Shown piece after piece: positions 39,016 through 49,479 of a stretch of DNA of 64,000 bases; the stretch's first letter is position 1, and every line of letters begins with the position of its first letter. Where the stretch lies: the NCBI GenBank assembly GCA_963706365.1, contig OY970150.1, positions 293,364 to 357,363 on the forward strand, written 5' to 3'. Below the pieces are notes generated by a model. It was not told the DNA's origin, did no database searches, and was given only the letters and a program-made list of their open reading frames with translations. Origin of the DNA: an uncultured Alphaproteobacteria bacterium (lineage in GTDB: Bacteria > Pseudomonadota > Alphaproteobacteria > JAJTHO01 > G963706365). Made by a program: the position numbers and the translations under genes.

Positions 39016-39696
39016 ATGAAATTTTTGATTGGCTTGTTTTATTGCATTGTTTTTGCCTTGTGCACCACGCCTGTGTGGCATTTATTGAACCGTATTACAT
39101 GGGAACGCAAAGGGAGCTTACTAGTTAAAGCAAAGCGTGAAGTTATTCTTTTTCCAATATTTTTACTAAGTATTGTTGGTGTAAGTGGTTATATTTTAAG
39201 TATTTATTATAAAAAAGTGCAATTTTTATATTGTGAAATGTGCCCTAAAAACATTATTTTTCTGGGGCTTGCGTCTGGTGTAGTGTCCATGATTTGGGGC
39301 TATATGGTGGTGCTGCGCAAAAAGCGGCGCTATTTAATTTGGGAAGAACGCAACCGCGAGATGTCTGGCCATATTGATATTAAACCGAAGCCCATAATTA
39401 TGGCTAATATTTATACCTTAAGCGCTGAGAAGAAACTAGAGAAAGAGCTTTCTGAAAAAAACCAAGACGAGTTCCGCGCAAAATTTGCCAAGAAAAAAAT
39501 GGGTAAGCATTTAGAGGCATGGGAGAAAAAGTTTCAGTCTAAAGCCGATAAAATTGTGGAGGAGAAAGAAAAAGCCAAGGAGCTTAAAAAGCAAAAGCGC
39601 AAAGAAGATCGTAAAGAGCAAGCAAGAATAAGAAAAAAAATGTTGGCGGATAAAACTGCAAAAAAGGCAGAAAAAGAAAAGAAGCAAAAGCAGTAA
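39016..39696 (+). CDS. Hypothetical membrane protein with Lys/Glu-rich tail
   Basis: Three hydrophobic segments followed by a charged coiled coil. Confidence 0.7.
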   Translation: MKFLIGLFYCIVFALCTTPVWHLLNRITWERKGSLLVKAKREVILFPIFLLSIVGVSGYILSIYYKKVQFLYCEMCPKNIIFLGLASGVVSMIWGYMVVLRKKRRYLIWEERNREMSGHIDIKPKPIIMANIYTLSAEKKLEKELSEKNQDEFRAKFAKKKMGKHLEAWEKKFQSKADKIVEEKEKAKELKKQKRKEDRKEQARIRKKMLADKTAKKAEKEKKQKQ

Positions 39697-39810
39697 AAAA
39701 GTAGCCATTTTTAGAATACTCATAAACTTATTTACCATAATATATATTCTATAACCTTTATCAGTACGTATTCTGCTTGATATTAGTATGCAAAATTTAC
39801 ATAATCAGAT

Positions 39811-40140
39811 GTGAAAAAATTTCTTATAAAAATTGCTTTCTTTTTACTTGCTAGTCTTTTTATCAGTTCTGCCCTTAGCGTTTCTATGCCTACACGCACT
39901 GGCTTTGATTTTGCTTTCTTTCTGGAAAATTTATCAGCTATTACAATTTTTCCATTCTACGTTATCCAGTTGATATATAATGATTTTAATGCTTTTTATT
40001 TGATTTTACTACTGGTTTATAGCTATCTAGTTTTTAAAATAATCTATAGTTCCATGAGAAAATATGTATTATATTCAACTATTTACATGGGTTTAAATGC
40101 GCTGATGACCCATGGATTTACAAACAATTTTGGTCTGTAG
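39811..40140 (+). CDS. Small hypothetical membrane protein
   Basis: 109-aa hydrophobic ORF filling the intergenic gap. Confidence 0.55.
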   Translation: MKKFLIKIAFFLLASLFISSALSVSMPTRTGFDFAFFLENLSAITIFPFYVIQLIYNDFNAFYLILLLVYSYLVFKIIYSSMRKYVLYSTIYMGLNALMTHGFTNNFGL

Positions 40141-40147
40141 CAAGAGG

Positions 40148-40166
40148 GATATTAAGAATCATTTTC
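40148..40166 (+). promoter_or_regulatory. Fur-box-like site upstream of the iron-binding protein gene
   Basis: GATATTAAGAATCATTTTC matches 15/19 of GATAATGATAATCATTATC; TTGACA follows at 40169-40174. Confidence 0.6.
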
Positions 40167-40197
40167 AGTTGACAGACTGACTTAATTACCATTAGAG

Positions 40198-41184
40198 ATG
40201 AGTATGTCTTTAAGAAAAATCGCCCTGTTAAGTGCTTTTATTGCTGCTCCGGTACTTTCGGAACCCTTAACAATTTACACTGGCCGCCACTATGAAGCGG
40301 ATCGCAAACTTTATGAATTGTTCACGGAAAAAACCGGCATTGAAACAAATGTGGTTGAGGGAAAAGACGATGCCCTGCTTCAGCGTTTAAAATCGACTAA
40401 AGACAAGGCAGATGTTCTGATTACTGTTGATGCCGGGCGGTTGCATAAGGCAAAGATTGAAAATTTATTTCAGTGTGAAAAACAGCCGGAATTAGAAAAA
40501 GTGATTCCTGCTGAATTATCAGACAAAGATGGCTGTTGGTATGGCTTTGCCAAGCGTTCTCGTGTTATTGTCTATAATAAAACAAAAGGCTACCCTGAGG
40601 GTTTGGAAAGTTACGAGAGCATGGCTATGCCATTGTTTAAGAACAGTATTTGTGTTCGGTCGAGTAACAATATCTACAATCAATCTTTGGTTGCCTCTTT
40701 GTTGGCTAGACATGGTCAGCAAACAACACTGGAATTGATCAAAGGTTGGGTTGCAAACTTTGCACGCAAGCCACGCGGCAATGACCGTGACCAAATTGCG
40801 GCAGTGTTAAATAACGAATGTCGTTTAGGTATTGTCAACAGCTACTATATTCCACGGTTTAGTAAGAAAGAATTGAAAAATTTGGGCGTTATCTTTCCAA
40901 ATCAGATGGGACGTGGCGCGCACATTAATGTTAGTGGTGCTGGCATTGTAAAAGGTACGGATCAACCAAAAGAAGCACGCCAGTTCCTAGCATTTTTAGC
41001 TGAACCAGAGGCGCAAAAAATGTTTGCAGAAGGCAATAATGAATACCCTATGTTAAGTACAGTGGCCACACCAGAAAGCCTAAAAATTTATGGCGAATTT
41101 AAAGGTGATGACCTTGATGCCGATACTTTAGGTTCTTTAAATCGTGATGCTGTAAAAATTATGGATATTGCTGGCTGGCGGTAA
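40198..41184 (+). CDS. Fe(3+) ABC transporter substrate-binding protein (FutA/FbpA-like)
   Basis: 'YTGRHY', 'TVDAGRL', 'RSSNNIYNQSL', 'VNSYY', 'NNEYP'. Confidence 0.93.
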   Translation: MSMSLRKIALLSAFIAAPVLSEPLTIYTGRHYEADRKLYELFTEKTGIETNVVEGKDDALLQRLKSTKDKADVLITVDAGRLHKAKIENLFQCEKQPELEKVIPAELSDKDGCWYGFAKRSRVIVYNKTKGYPEGLESYESMAMPLFKNSICVRSSNNIYNQSLVASLLARHGQQTTLELIKGWVANFARKPRGNDRDQIAAVLNNECRLGIVNSYYIPRFSKKELKNLGVIFPNQMGRGAHINVSGAGIVKGTDQPKEARQFLAFLAEPEAQKMFAEGNNEYPMLSTVATPESLKIYGEFKGDDLDADTLGSLNRDAVKIMDIAGWR

Positions 41185-41239
41185 ATATTTCTTACTTCCG
41201 CCTTGTGCCGGAACCTATTGGCATTTAATTTGAAATAGG

Positions 41240-43174
41240 ATGATAAATTATGCTGCTTTTGTAAGCCTAATAGGTTTTATACTGCTTTTAAATGTTGGAG
41301 ATGCTCACGCAGAGTCAACAGCAGCCTATCGACAACACAGTCGTATAGAGTTTTCTATTCCAGATGGTATTAACAGAACAGACAGGGCAATCGGTTATAT
41401 AACCCTAAAATTAGACGAAGGCTGGCACACTTATTGGCGAAACCCGGGCGATGCCGGTTTGCCGCCGGTTTTTAAGATTACCAATAAATCTTTGGCTATA
41501 GATGAAATTATCTACCCGGTTCCCCGTCGTATACCCGAACCGCCTTTGTTGACTTATGGCTATAAAGATAACGTAACGTTTCCTGTAATTATAAAATCAA
41601 AACAACCGCTTGAAAATGATGAACGAACACTTTTGTTAGAAGCGGAATGGCTGGTTTGCAAAGAAATTTGCATACCGGAATCAGCCTTATTAACTTTAGA
41701 AGTGCCCGTCACAGAAAATGCGTTTCAACGCCCTGCCCCTTTTATAACGAATTTTAAAAGCGAAGCTGTTTATAGCCAACAGGGTGACAAGATTGTCATT
41801 GAATTACAAAATGTAGAAAAAGGAACAAAAGCCTATTTTTATCCGTATGCGGTGGGAGGATTTTCTCATCAGCCGATTCAAAAAAATACCTACACCCAAA
41901 ATGCACTGCAAATAGAGCTACCATTAAAAAAGCCTATTGAAGGTTCTGTTCAGGGGGTGCTGCAATTGGGCGATGACTATTATAAAGTAACGGCCAACCC
42001 CGGAATTGTGGAAACTTCCGCAAAGCTTTGGCAGGCAGTCGTATTTGCTTTGCTGGGTGGGCTAGTTTTAAATATCATGCCGTGTGTATTTCCTGTGCTG
42101 GCATTAAAAATTGCCGGGGTTATACGGGGTGAACGGCATATTAGAGAATCTTTGCTTTATACCCTAGGCATTATTAGCACTTTTTTCGTTCTGGCCGCCA
42201 CTTTGATGCTATTGCAACAACAAGCAGGCTGGGGATTTCAGCTGCAACAGCCTGTTTTTGTTGCATTCTTAATGCTGCTATTTGTTGCTATAGCCTTAAA
42301 CTTGTGGGGTGTTTGGCAGGTGCCATCCATGCGTTTTAATCGGCTTGAACGCGCAACTTTAAAAAGTAGTGACTCTAGCCATTTTCTTACGGGTATACTG
42401 GCGGTACTCGTCGCAACTCCTTGCACTGTGCCGTTTATGGGCGCTGCTTTGGGCTATGCTTTCAGCCAACCACCCTTGATAACATTTGTTATTTTTACCG
42501 CTTTGGGAATTGGGCTGGCATTACCTTATATAGTTGTAACATTGCTACCTGCAAAATGGTTGTCAAAAATACCCAAAAGTGGCAATTGGCTTTTGGGTTT
42601 TAAACAACTAATGGCGTTCCCGATGCTGGCGACAGCTATCTGGTTATGCTGGGTATTGGCATCACAAACGGCGGCTTATGGTGTAGTGCGTGGTTTATCA
42701 GCTTGCTTGTTGCTGGGTTTTTTGTTTTGGCTGATGCGCTATAAAGGTTGGTGGTTTATTAAATTAATTGTTGTGGTTGCGTTGTTATGGACAGCAACCT
42801 CTGTGCGTCCCACTGTTTTGAACACTTCTGCACTGGAATTTAGTGAATTTTCTACGCAAGATTTTTCTCGCATGGCAGCAGAACAAAATCGACCAATTTT
42901 TGTAAACGTAACAGCCAGCTGGTGCATTACTTGCCAGCTAAATGAAAAGGCTGTTCTGAGTAGGGCAAAAACTATAGAATTACTTGCTGCGCATAAGGTA
43001 TTGTATATTAAAGCAGATTGGACATTTAAAGACAAGGCCATTACAAAGTATTTAACAAAACTGAATCGTGCCGGTGTGCCCACGTATGTTGTTTACAGGC
43101 CAGGTGAAAAACCAGTAATTTTACCAGAACTGTTGCGCCATAAACAGCTGGCTGATTTATTTAACGGTTCCTAG
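41240..43174 (+). CDS. DsbD/ScsB-family thiol:disulfide interchange protein
   Basis: 'GWHTYWRNPGDAG', 'CKEIC', 'NIMPCVFP', 'ATPCT', thioredoxin 'WCITC'. Confidence 0.93.
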   Translation: MINYAAFVSLIGFILLLNVGDAHAESTAAYRQHSRIEFSIPDGINRTDRAIGYITLKLDEGWHTYWRNPGDAGLPPVFKITNKSLAIDEIIYPVPRRIPEPPLLTYGYKDNVTFPVIIKSKQPLENDERTLLLEAEWLVCKEICIPESALLTLEVPVTENAFQRPAPFITNFKSEAVYSQQGDKIVIELQNVEKGTKAYFYPYAVGGFSHQPIQKNTYTQNALQIELPLKKPIEGSVQGVLQLGDDYYKVTANPGIVETSAKLWQAVVFALLGGLVLNIMPCVFPVLALKIAGVIRGERHIRESLLYTLGIISTFFVLAATLMLLQQQAGWGFQLQQPVFVAFLMLLFVAIALNLWGVWQVPSMRFNRLERATLKSSDSSHFLTGILAVLVATPCTVPFMGAALGYAFSQPPLITFVIFTALGIGLALPYIVVTLLPAKWLSKIPKSGNWLLGFKQLMAFPMLATAIWLCWVLASQTAAYGVVRGLSACLLLGFLFWLMRYKGWWFIKLIVVVALLWTATSVRPTVLNTSALEFSEFSTQDFSRMAAEQNRPIFVNVTASWCITCQLNEKAVLSRAKTIELLAAHKVLYIKADWTFKDKAITKYLTKLNRAGVPTYVVYRPGEKPVILPELLRHKQLADLFNGS

Positions 43175-43236
43175 GAACGCGCAATATTGCCAATATTAAA
43201 TCTGGGCGTTATACAACAACAAAAAAAGCTTTACTT

Positions 43237-43659
43237 ATGAAATACCTTCTTCCTCTCTTATTATTACCACAAACCGTATTGGCACAAGATGCAGCTGATA
43301 GCTTAATCACAAATTCTGCCGTACCTGCCTCTATGGCTCCTAACCCAATGCTGCAAATTGGCATGTGGATATTGATTGGCCTGGTTTTCTATCTATTGTT
43401 GATTCGGCCACAGCAGAAACGCCTGAAAGAGCATCAAAGCCTGATCGCCGGATTACGGCGTGGTGACAAAGTTGTAACCAGTGGTGGCATTGTTGGCACC
43501 GTTCAGCGCGTGTTGGATGATGGCGAATTACTAGTAAAGGTGGCTGATGAAACTGTTATTACTGTTATGCAACAATATGTTACCAGTGTTTTAAACAAGT
43601 CTGAGCCTGTTGTTAAAAAAGGTAGTAAAAAAGAAATTAGCACAGAGACTAAAGACTAA
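43237..43659 (+). CDS. yajC: Preprotein translocase subunit YajC
   Basis: 'LLIRPQQKR', 'GDKVVTSGGIVG'. Confidence 0.96.
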   Translation: MKYLLPLLLLPQTVLAQDAADSLITNSAVPASMAPNPMLQIGMWILIGLVFYLLLIRPQQKRLKEHQSLIAGLRRGDKVVTSGGIVGTVQRVLDDGELLVKVADETVITVMQQYVTSVLNKSEPVVKKGSKKEISTETKD

Positions 43660-45197
43660 TGTCAATCTGGAAAAAAATGCTGGTGATGCTGGTGGTCTTA
43701 TGGGGCATCATTGTTGCAAGCCCAACATTCTTTGGTGATAAACTACCGGAATTTTTCCCAGATAAGACTATTAATTTGGGGCTTGATTTGCAGGGTGGTT
43801 CGCATCTTTTGCTTGAGGTTGACACACAAGTTGTTATTAATGATGCATTGCAGGATGCAAAAACAGGTGTAGCCGCCGCATTAAATAAAAATGGTTTTGC
43901 TGGTGCAAATACAACCATTACAGAAAATGGTTTTCGTTATACTGTTTCAGAGGAAAAACTGGCCGATACGCGCAAGTTGATTCGTAAAACAATTTCGTAT
44001 CAAGGTACATTTGATCGCGAAGAAAATCAGGACTTTTTCATTTTTAGCGATGCAGAGCTGAACAAGCTTCGCACCAATGCCATGCAGCGTACTTTGCAGG
44101 TTATTCGCATGCGGGTAGATGAAACAGGCACTAAAGAACCTAGTATTCAACGCCAGGGTGATAACCGAGTGCTGCTGCAATTACCTGGTGTAGAAGATCC
44201 TGGCAGATTGCAGGAGCTTTTGGGGAAAACAGCACGTTTGACCTTCCATCTGGTTGATGAAAGCATTGGCATTCGCGGCAGCGTTCCCAATCGTGGTGTA
44301 AAAACTTCCTATCAAAACAAAGTTTTACCTTTTCAGGGAGAAGAGAACCGTTATTTGGTTATTAATCGTGTGGCGATGTTGGGTGGGGAAACTTTGACAG
44401 GTGCACAGCAAACATTCCAAGATGCCAGACCGGTTGTTTCCTTTACTTTAAACACCCAGGGCGGCAAAAAATTTGGCCGCATTACAACAGATAATGTAGA
44501 CAAGTTATTTGCTATTGTTCTGGATGATGAAGTGGTAAGTGCCCCCAATATTGCCGGGCCTATTGTTGGCGGCAGTGGTGTTATTAGCGGAAGTTTTTCC
44601 GTGCAGGAAGCACAAGACCTTGCGCTACTACTTCGTTCTGGTGCCTTGCCTGCCCCTATTAAAATTATTGAGGAACGCACTGTTGGGCCTTCTCTGGGGC
44701 AAGACTCTATTGAGGCCGGTACACTCGCTAGTATGATGGGGCTTTTAGCCGTGGTTGTATTAATAATTATTGTCTACAAAGTTATCGGCGTTTTTGCTGC
44801 TTTAGCGTTATTTATTAATTTAATTTTGCTGGTAGCACTGTTGGCAACTTTAGGTGCAACATTAACATTACCGGGAATTGCGGGAATTGTACTAACCATT
44901 GGTATGGCAGTGGATGCAAATGTACTGGTATTTGAACGTATTAAAGAAGAATTGCGCCAAAACAAAAAAGCAATTTCCGCCGTGCGTGATGGTTATGGCC
45001 GTGCGTTCACTACTATTATGGATGCAAATATAACGACGTTAATAGCTGCGGTTATTTTGTTTAGTGTGGGTTCGGGGCCTGTAAAAGGTTTTGCTGTTAC
45101 GCTTGGGTTAGGGATTTTAAGCTCGCTGTTTACGGCCTTGCTGGTAACACAATGGCTAATGTTATCTTATGCTCAATCACAAAATAGAAAAAAATAA
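43659..45197 (+). CDS. secD: Protein translocase subunit SecD
   Basis: 'LGLDLQGG', 'LRSGALPA', 'GMAVDANVLVFERIKEE'. Confidence 0.97.
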   Translation: MSIWKKMLVMLVVLWGIIVASPTFFGDKLPEFFPDKTINLGLDLQGGSHLLLEVDTQVVINDALQDAKTGVAAALNKNGFAGANTTITENGFRYTVSEEKLADTRKLIRKTISYQGTFDREENQDFFIFSDAELNKLRTNAMQRTLQVIRMRVDETGTKEPSIQRQGDNRVLLQLPGVEDPGRLQELLGKTARLTFHLVDESIGIRGSVPNRGVKTSYQNKVLPFQGEENRYLVINRVAMLGGETLTGAQQTFQDARPVVSFTLNTQGGKKFGRITTDNVDKLFAIVLDDEVVSAPNIAGPIVGGSGVISGSFSVQEAQDLALLLRSGALPAPIKIIEERTVGPSLGQDSIEAGTLASMMGLLAVVVLIIIVYKVIGVFAALALFINLILLVALLATLGATLTLPGIAGIVLTIGMAVDANVLVFERIKEELRQNKKAISAVRDGYGRAFTTIMDANITTLIAAVILFSVGSGPVKGFAVTLGLGILSSLFTALLVTQWLMLSYAQSQNRKK

Positions 45198-45205
45198 GAT
45201 AAATT

Positions 45206-46126
45206 ATGTCCTTTTTTGATCGTATTAAACCGCAACGTTCCAGCGTAGATTTTATGGCCTTCAGCCGGCCTGCCATGCTCCTCTCTTTATGCTTGATCAT
45301 TGCCAGTATTGCCTTGCTATCAACACGCGGCTTAAACTTTGGTATTGATTTCCAGGGTGGTTTATTGATGGAAGTTGATACCATTGAACCGGCTGATTTG
45401 ACCCGTTTGCGACAGGCATTAAGCCAGAAGTTACAAAAATCTGTTACCTTGCAAACATTTGGTTCTGAAAACGAAGTGTTGATTCGTGTGCAGGCGGATG
45501 AAACAGACCGTGATAAAGCCATTGAAATAATTCGTGAAGTGTTGCCGGAAAATGCCATAGAACGCCGCAAAGAATATGTGGGTGCCAGTGTGGGGCGTGG
45601 CTTAATTCAACAGGCGATTTGGGCGGTGGCGCTTTCTTTGGCGGCAATGCTTATCTACATCTGGCTACGCTTTGAATGGCAGTTCGGTATTGGTGCCATT
45701 GCTGCGCTTTTCCACGACGTTATCATTACACTTGGCTTCTTCTCCTTGACCTGGTTGGAATTCAACCTGTCAACCATCGCCGCCATTTTAACGATTGTTG
45801 GTTACTCTATTAACGATACAGTTGTGGTTTTTGACCGTGTGCGTGAAAGTTTTCGCAAGTTTAATACCAAAACTTTAGCGCAATTACTAAACATCAGTTT
45901 GAACGAAACACTAAGCCGAACAATATTAACCAGTTGCACTACTTTGGTTGCACTGCTTTGCCTGTTTCTATTCGGCGGTGAAATTATCCGGGGCTTTTCT
46001 GCTGCACTATTATTAGGTGTTATAATTGGCACATGGTCATCTTTATTTATTGCTGTGCCAACTTTGTTGCGGCTGCCTGTAAAATTAACAGATTTTAATA
46101 AACATCGTGAAGAAAAAGTTGTATAA
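45206..46126 (+). CDS. secF: Protein translocase subunit SecF
   Basis: 'GIDFQGG', 'GYSINDTVVVFDRVRE'. Confidence 0.97.
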   Translation: MSFFDRIKPQRSSVDFMAFSRPAMLLSLCLIIASIALLSTRGLNFGIDFQGGLLMEVDTIEPADLTRLRQALSQKLQKSVTLQTFGSENEVLIRVQADETDRDKAIEIIREVLPENAIERRKEYVGASVGRGLIQQAIWAVALSLAAMLIYIWLRFEWQFGIGAIAALFHDVIITLGFFSLTWLEFNLSTIAAILTIVGYSINDTVVVFDRVRESFRKFNTKTLAQLLNISLNETLSRTILTSCTTLVALLCLFLFGGEIIRGFSAALLLGVIIGTWSSLFIAVPTLLRLPVKLTDFNKHREEKVV

Positions 46127-46149
46127 AGCTTTGATTTAAAAACATTGCC

Positions 46150-47856
46150 ATGAACCCTTTTACCATCACACAAAACGCCATTTATGTTGCTGTTCCCGTC
46201 CTTTATGATGATATTGATACCAGTAACATTACGGTTGAGCCGTGCAAAAACCCTGAGCATGGCGATATTGCAACCAATGCGGCCTTGGTTTTAGCAAAAC
46301 CCCTAAAGCAAAACCCTAGGCAAATTGCCACGGCTATTACTGATGAACTTGAAATTCCCATGGCGGAAAAAATAGAGATTGCAGGCGCAGGTTTTATTAA
46401 TATTACCTTCAACAATAGTTATTGGCGCCAGTATTTAACAGAAATTTTGGTTGCGGGGGAAGAATATGGCCTGGATAAACTGGTTAATGGCGAAAAAGTA
46501 AATGTAGAATACGCATCACCCAACCCCACAGGCCCCATGCATGTGGGGCATGCAAGGGGCACGGCTTTCGGTGATGCGTTGGCTAATTTATTAGTTGCTG
46601 TAGGGTACGATGTTACACGCGAATATTATGTAAATGATGCGGGTAACCAAATTGATATATTGGCGAAATCTGTTTACCATCGATACCAGGAATATTTTGG
46701 CATTGACGCCGGTGCCTTGCCAGAAGGCTGTTACCCGGCAGATTATGTTAATGATGCCGCCAAGGCCATTGCTATTAGTGATGGTGATAAATGGCTGAAT
46801 AGCAATGATTGGCTCAATGATTTCAAACTAAAATCCGTTGAAATAATGTTGGATATAATCAAGGAAGATCTGGCACTTTTCGGCGTAAAACACGATGTTT
46901 TTACCTCGGAAGCAAGCCTGGATACCACCCTTGGTATGGCAGCCTTGCAAGATCAGGAGTTGCTTTATAGAGGCACACTGCCCCCACCAAAGGGCAAGGA
47001 AGTGGAAGATTGGCAGCCAGAAGAAATGTTGTTACTGAAAAGCAAACAATTTGGTGATGACGAAGACAGAGCGGTGCAGCGCCCAGATGGCAGCAATACC
47101 TATATTTGCGGTGACATTGCCTATCAGTATGATAAAATCAAACGCGGTTTTAACAACATGATTATTGTATTGGGGGCTGATCATGCGGGGTATGTAAAAC
47201 GTTTGAAAGCTGTGGTAAAAGCCTTGTCCAATAATCGGGCGCAGATTGATGTAAAATTAAATCAACTGGTAACATTAAAACAAAACGGCCAGCCGTTCAA
47301 AATGTCAAAACGCGCAGGTACGTTTATAACAATGCGCGAAATTATTGAATTGGTTGGCTCTGATTCATTGCGTTTCATTATGTTAACACGGCGTAATGAT
47401 GTGCCACTTGAGGTAGATATTGCATTGATAAAAGAGCAACGCCGCGAAAACCCGGTATTTTATGTGCAATATGCCCATGCGCGCATTTGCTCGGTTTTTC
47501 GGCATGCTGATTTAATGGAAATCAGTATTGATGATATCGACCCAAAAGAGATTGATATGCAGGCCATCAATAACCCTAGCGAATTTTCCGTTATCAAGTT
47601 GTTAGCTGATTGGCCACGGCAAGTAAAGCTTGCGGCTTTTCATCATGAACCACATCGTATTGCCTTTTATTTAATCAGCCTGGCAGAGTTATTTCATAGT
47701 TTATGGAACGAAGGCAATAAAAATACTGAATTAAGATTTATTCACCCCGATAACCCGGAATTAACACGCACAAAACTAGCCTTGCTACGCGCTGTTCAAT
47801 TGACATTAGTCAACGGTCTTCATATCTTAGGGGTGAACGCTGTCAAGGAAATGTAA
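46150..47856 (+). CDS. argS: Arginine--tRNA ligase
   Basis: 'EYASPNPTGPMHVGHARG', 'GADHAGY', 'KMSKRAG', 'YVQYAHAR'. Confidence 0.98.
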   Translation: MNPFTITQNAIYVAVPVLYDDIDTSNITVEPCKNPEHGDIATNAALVLAKPLKQNPRQIATAITDELEIPMAEKIEIAGAGFINITFNNSYWRQYLTEILVAGEEYGLDKLVNGEKVNVEYASPNPTGPMHVGHARGTAFGDALANLLVAVGYDVTREYYVNDAGNQIDILAKSVYHRYQEYFGIDAGALPEGCYPADYVNDAAKAIAISDGDKWLNSNDWLNDFKLKSVEIMLDIIKEDLALFGVKHDVFTSEASLDTTLGMAALQDQELLYRGTLPPPKGKEVEDWQPEEMLLLKSKQFGDDEDRAVQRPDGSNTYICGDIAYQYDKIKRGFNNMIIVLGADHAGYVKRLKAVVKALSNNRAQIDVKLNQLVTLKQNGQPFKMSKRAGTFITMREIIELVGSDSLRFIMLTRRNDVPLEVDIALIKEQRRENPVFYVQYAHARICSVFRHADLMEISIDDIDPKEIDMQAINNPSEFSVIKLLADWPRQVKLAAFHHEPHRIAFYLISLAELFHSLWNEGNKNTELRFIHPDNPELTRTKLALLRAVQLTLVNGLHILGVNAVKEM

Positions 47857-47862
47857 AAGCAC

Positions 47863-48705
47863 ATGGTACAACATTTTAAACGCTCTGGACATTCATCCAT
47901 TACCGTTAATGATATTTATGATGATGGGAAAAGCCGCTGGAGCCGCCCTATTCTTTTATTAATAGTGGTTGTGCTGTTTACAGGCATTTTACTATTTAGT
48001 TACAATAAAGGTAAAAACAGTTCTAATGGCACTGTAATTGCCACTATTGAGCCTGAAACTATTTATACCCGAATTAAACCGGAAGATCCGGCTGGTATGG
48101 AAGTGGCGCATCAGGATATGGAAATCTATAGTCGCGTTGATAGCAGCGAGACCGAAGAGGTGACGATGCAAGACGACGATGATGTAGAAGTGCTAGCTGA
48201 TGCAGAAATTGAAGAGGAGGAAAAAGCTTCAGATGAAAAAGTAATTCCTTACCCACCGGCACGTGTGGCAAAAAACACGAGCAGAGGTAGCCGTATTTTA
48301 GCAGGGGCAGAAGAAGCACTAAAAAAAGTGCAGGAAGACGAAACAGCTGCTAAAAAAAATGATGCCCCCACCGAGCAGCAAGCGCAACTAGACCAAAAAG
48401 TGGCTGATATTGTAGATGATCGGAAAGCCATAGAAGCCTCTTTAGTAAACTCTAATCAAGGGCCATTTTTATTGCAACTGGCCTCTTTTGGTTCTGAAAA
48501 TGCCGCACAAGACAGCTGGAATAAAATGAAGCAAACCAATGCTTTCTTGAAAAAACTTAGCCCGCGTATCGAGAAAATTAACATCAGCGGCAAAGGCCAG
48601 TTCCACCGTCTGCAAGCCGGAAGCTGGAGCCAGAAAGATGCTGCCAATGCCGCCTGTGAGCAACTAAAAACTAGTGGCCAGGATTGCATTGTTGTTAAGC
48701 GGTAA
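47863..48705 (+). CDS. SPOR-domain (FtsN-like) cell division protein
   Basis: TM helix, acidic linker, C-terminal 'LQLASF...HRLQAG...ACEQLK..GQDC'; follows argS. Confidence 0.88.
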   Translation: MVQHFKRSGHSSITVNDIYDDGKSRWSRPILLLIVVVLFTGILLFSYNKGKNSSNGTVIATIEPETIYTRIKPEDPAGMEVAHQDMEIYSRVDSSETEEVTMQDDDDVEVLADAEIEEEEKASDEKVIPYPPARVAKNTSRGSRILAGAEEALKKVQEDETAAKKNDAPTEQQAQLDQKVADIVDDRKAIEASLVNSNQGPFLLQLASFGSENAAQDSWNKMKQTNAFLKKLSPRIEKINISGKGQFHRLQAGSWSQKDAANAACEQLKTSGQDCIVVKR

Positions 48706-48749
48706 AACCTTATTGCACTTTAACAATAAATTTTGTCATCCTGAACAAC

Positions 48750-49469
48750 GTGAATGCTTTACCCACTGTTATTTTGGTTCGCCCCCAGCTGGGTGAAAAT
48801 ATTGGCATGGTGGCACGCGCTATGCTTAATTGTGGTGCTACTGCCTTACGTATTGTTTCTCCGCGCGATGGCTGGCCGAATGCCACAGCCTATCCAGCAG
48901 CAGCCGGCGCTGATAAAGTTTTAGATAACGCAATAATTTTTGATAGCGTTGATACAGCGGTTGCTGATCTGAAACAAGTTTATGCCGCAACCGTGCGGCC
49001 AAGGCAGTTGCAAATACCTGTTTATACCCCGGAAGAAGCCGCGATATTGCCGCATGGGAAAACAGGGATTTTGTTTGGCCCCGAAAATAATGGTTTACAC
49101 AATGACGATTTGGCCGCGGCGAATGCAATTATCACAGTGCCGCTAAACCCGGAATTTTGCTCGCTTAATTTATCGCAGGGTGTTTTATTAATATTATATG
49201 CTTTTTCAAAAATAGTCATTCCACCCGAAGTGGAAGCATCTGTTGGCCATAAAATAGATGACATTGCGCATAAGGGTGAAGTGCAACAACTTATTAATAA
49301 TCTAGATGACTACCTGAATAAAAAAAATTACTATCGCCCGCCAGAAAAAAGGGCACATATGCAGCGTAATCTGGCGAACCTTTTTCATAATGCCAGCCTT
49401 TCTTCGCAACAGGTAAAAACCTTGCAGGGTGTTTTTAAAACACTGTACAAAACAGGCGATTCTGCATAA
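48750..49469 (+). CDS. trmJ: TrmJ/LasT-family tRNA methyltransferase
   Basis: 'PQLGENIGMVARAM', 'LFGPENNGL', 'SLNLSQ'. Confidence 0.9.
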   Translation: MNALPTVILVRPQLGENIGMVARAMLNCGATALRIVSPRDGWPNATAYPAAAGADKVLDNAIIFDSVDTAVADLKQVYAATVRPRQLQIPVYTPEEAAILPHGKTGILFGPENNGLHNDDLAAANAIITVPLNPEFCSLNLSQGVLLILYAFSKIVIPPEVEASVGHKIDDIAHKGEVQQLINNLDDYLNKKNYYRPPEKRAHMQRNLANLFHNASLSSQQVKTLQGVFKTLYKTGDSA

Positions 49470-49479
49470 ATACAGGGGC

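Noticed and set aside
39420-39696. Purine-rich low-complexity tract as a repeat element
   Set aside because: Explained by the Lys/Glu-rich coiled-coil tail of the ORF.
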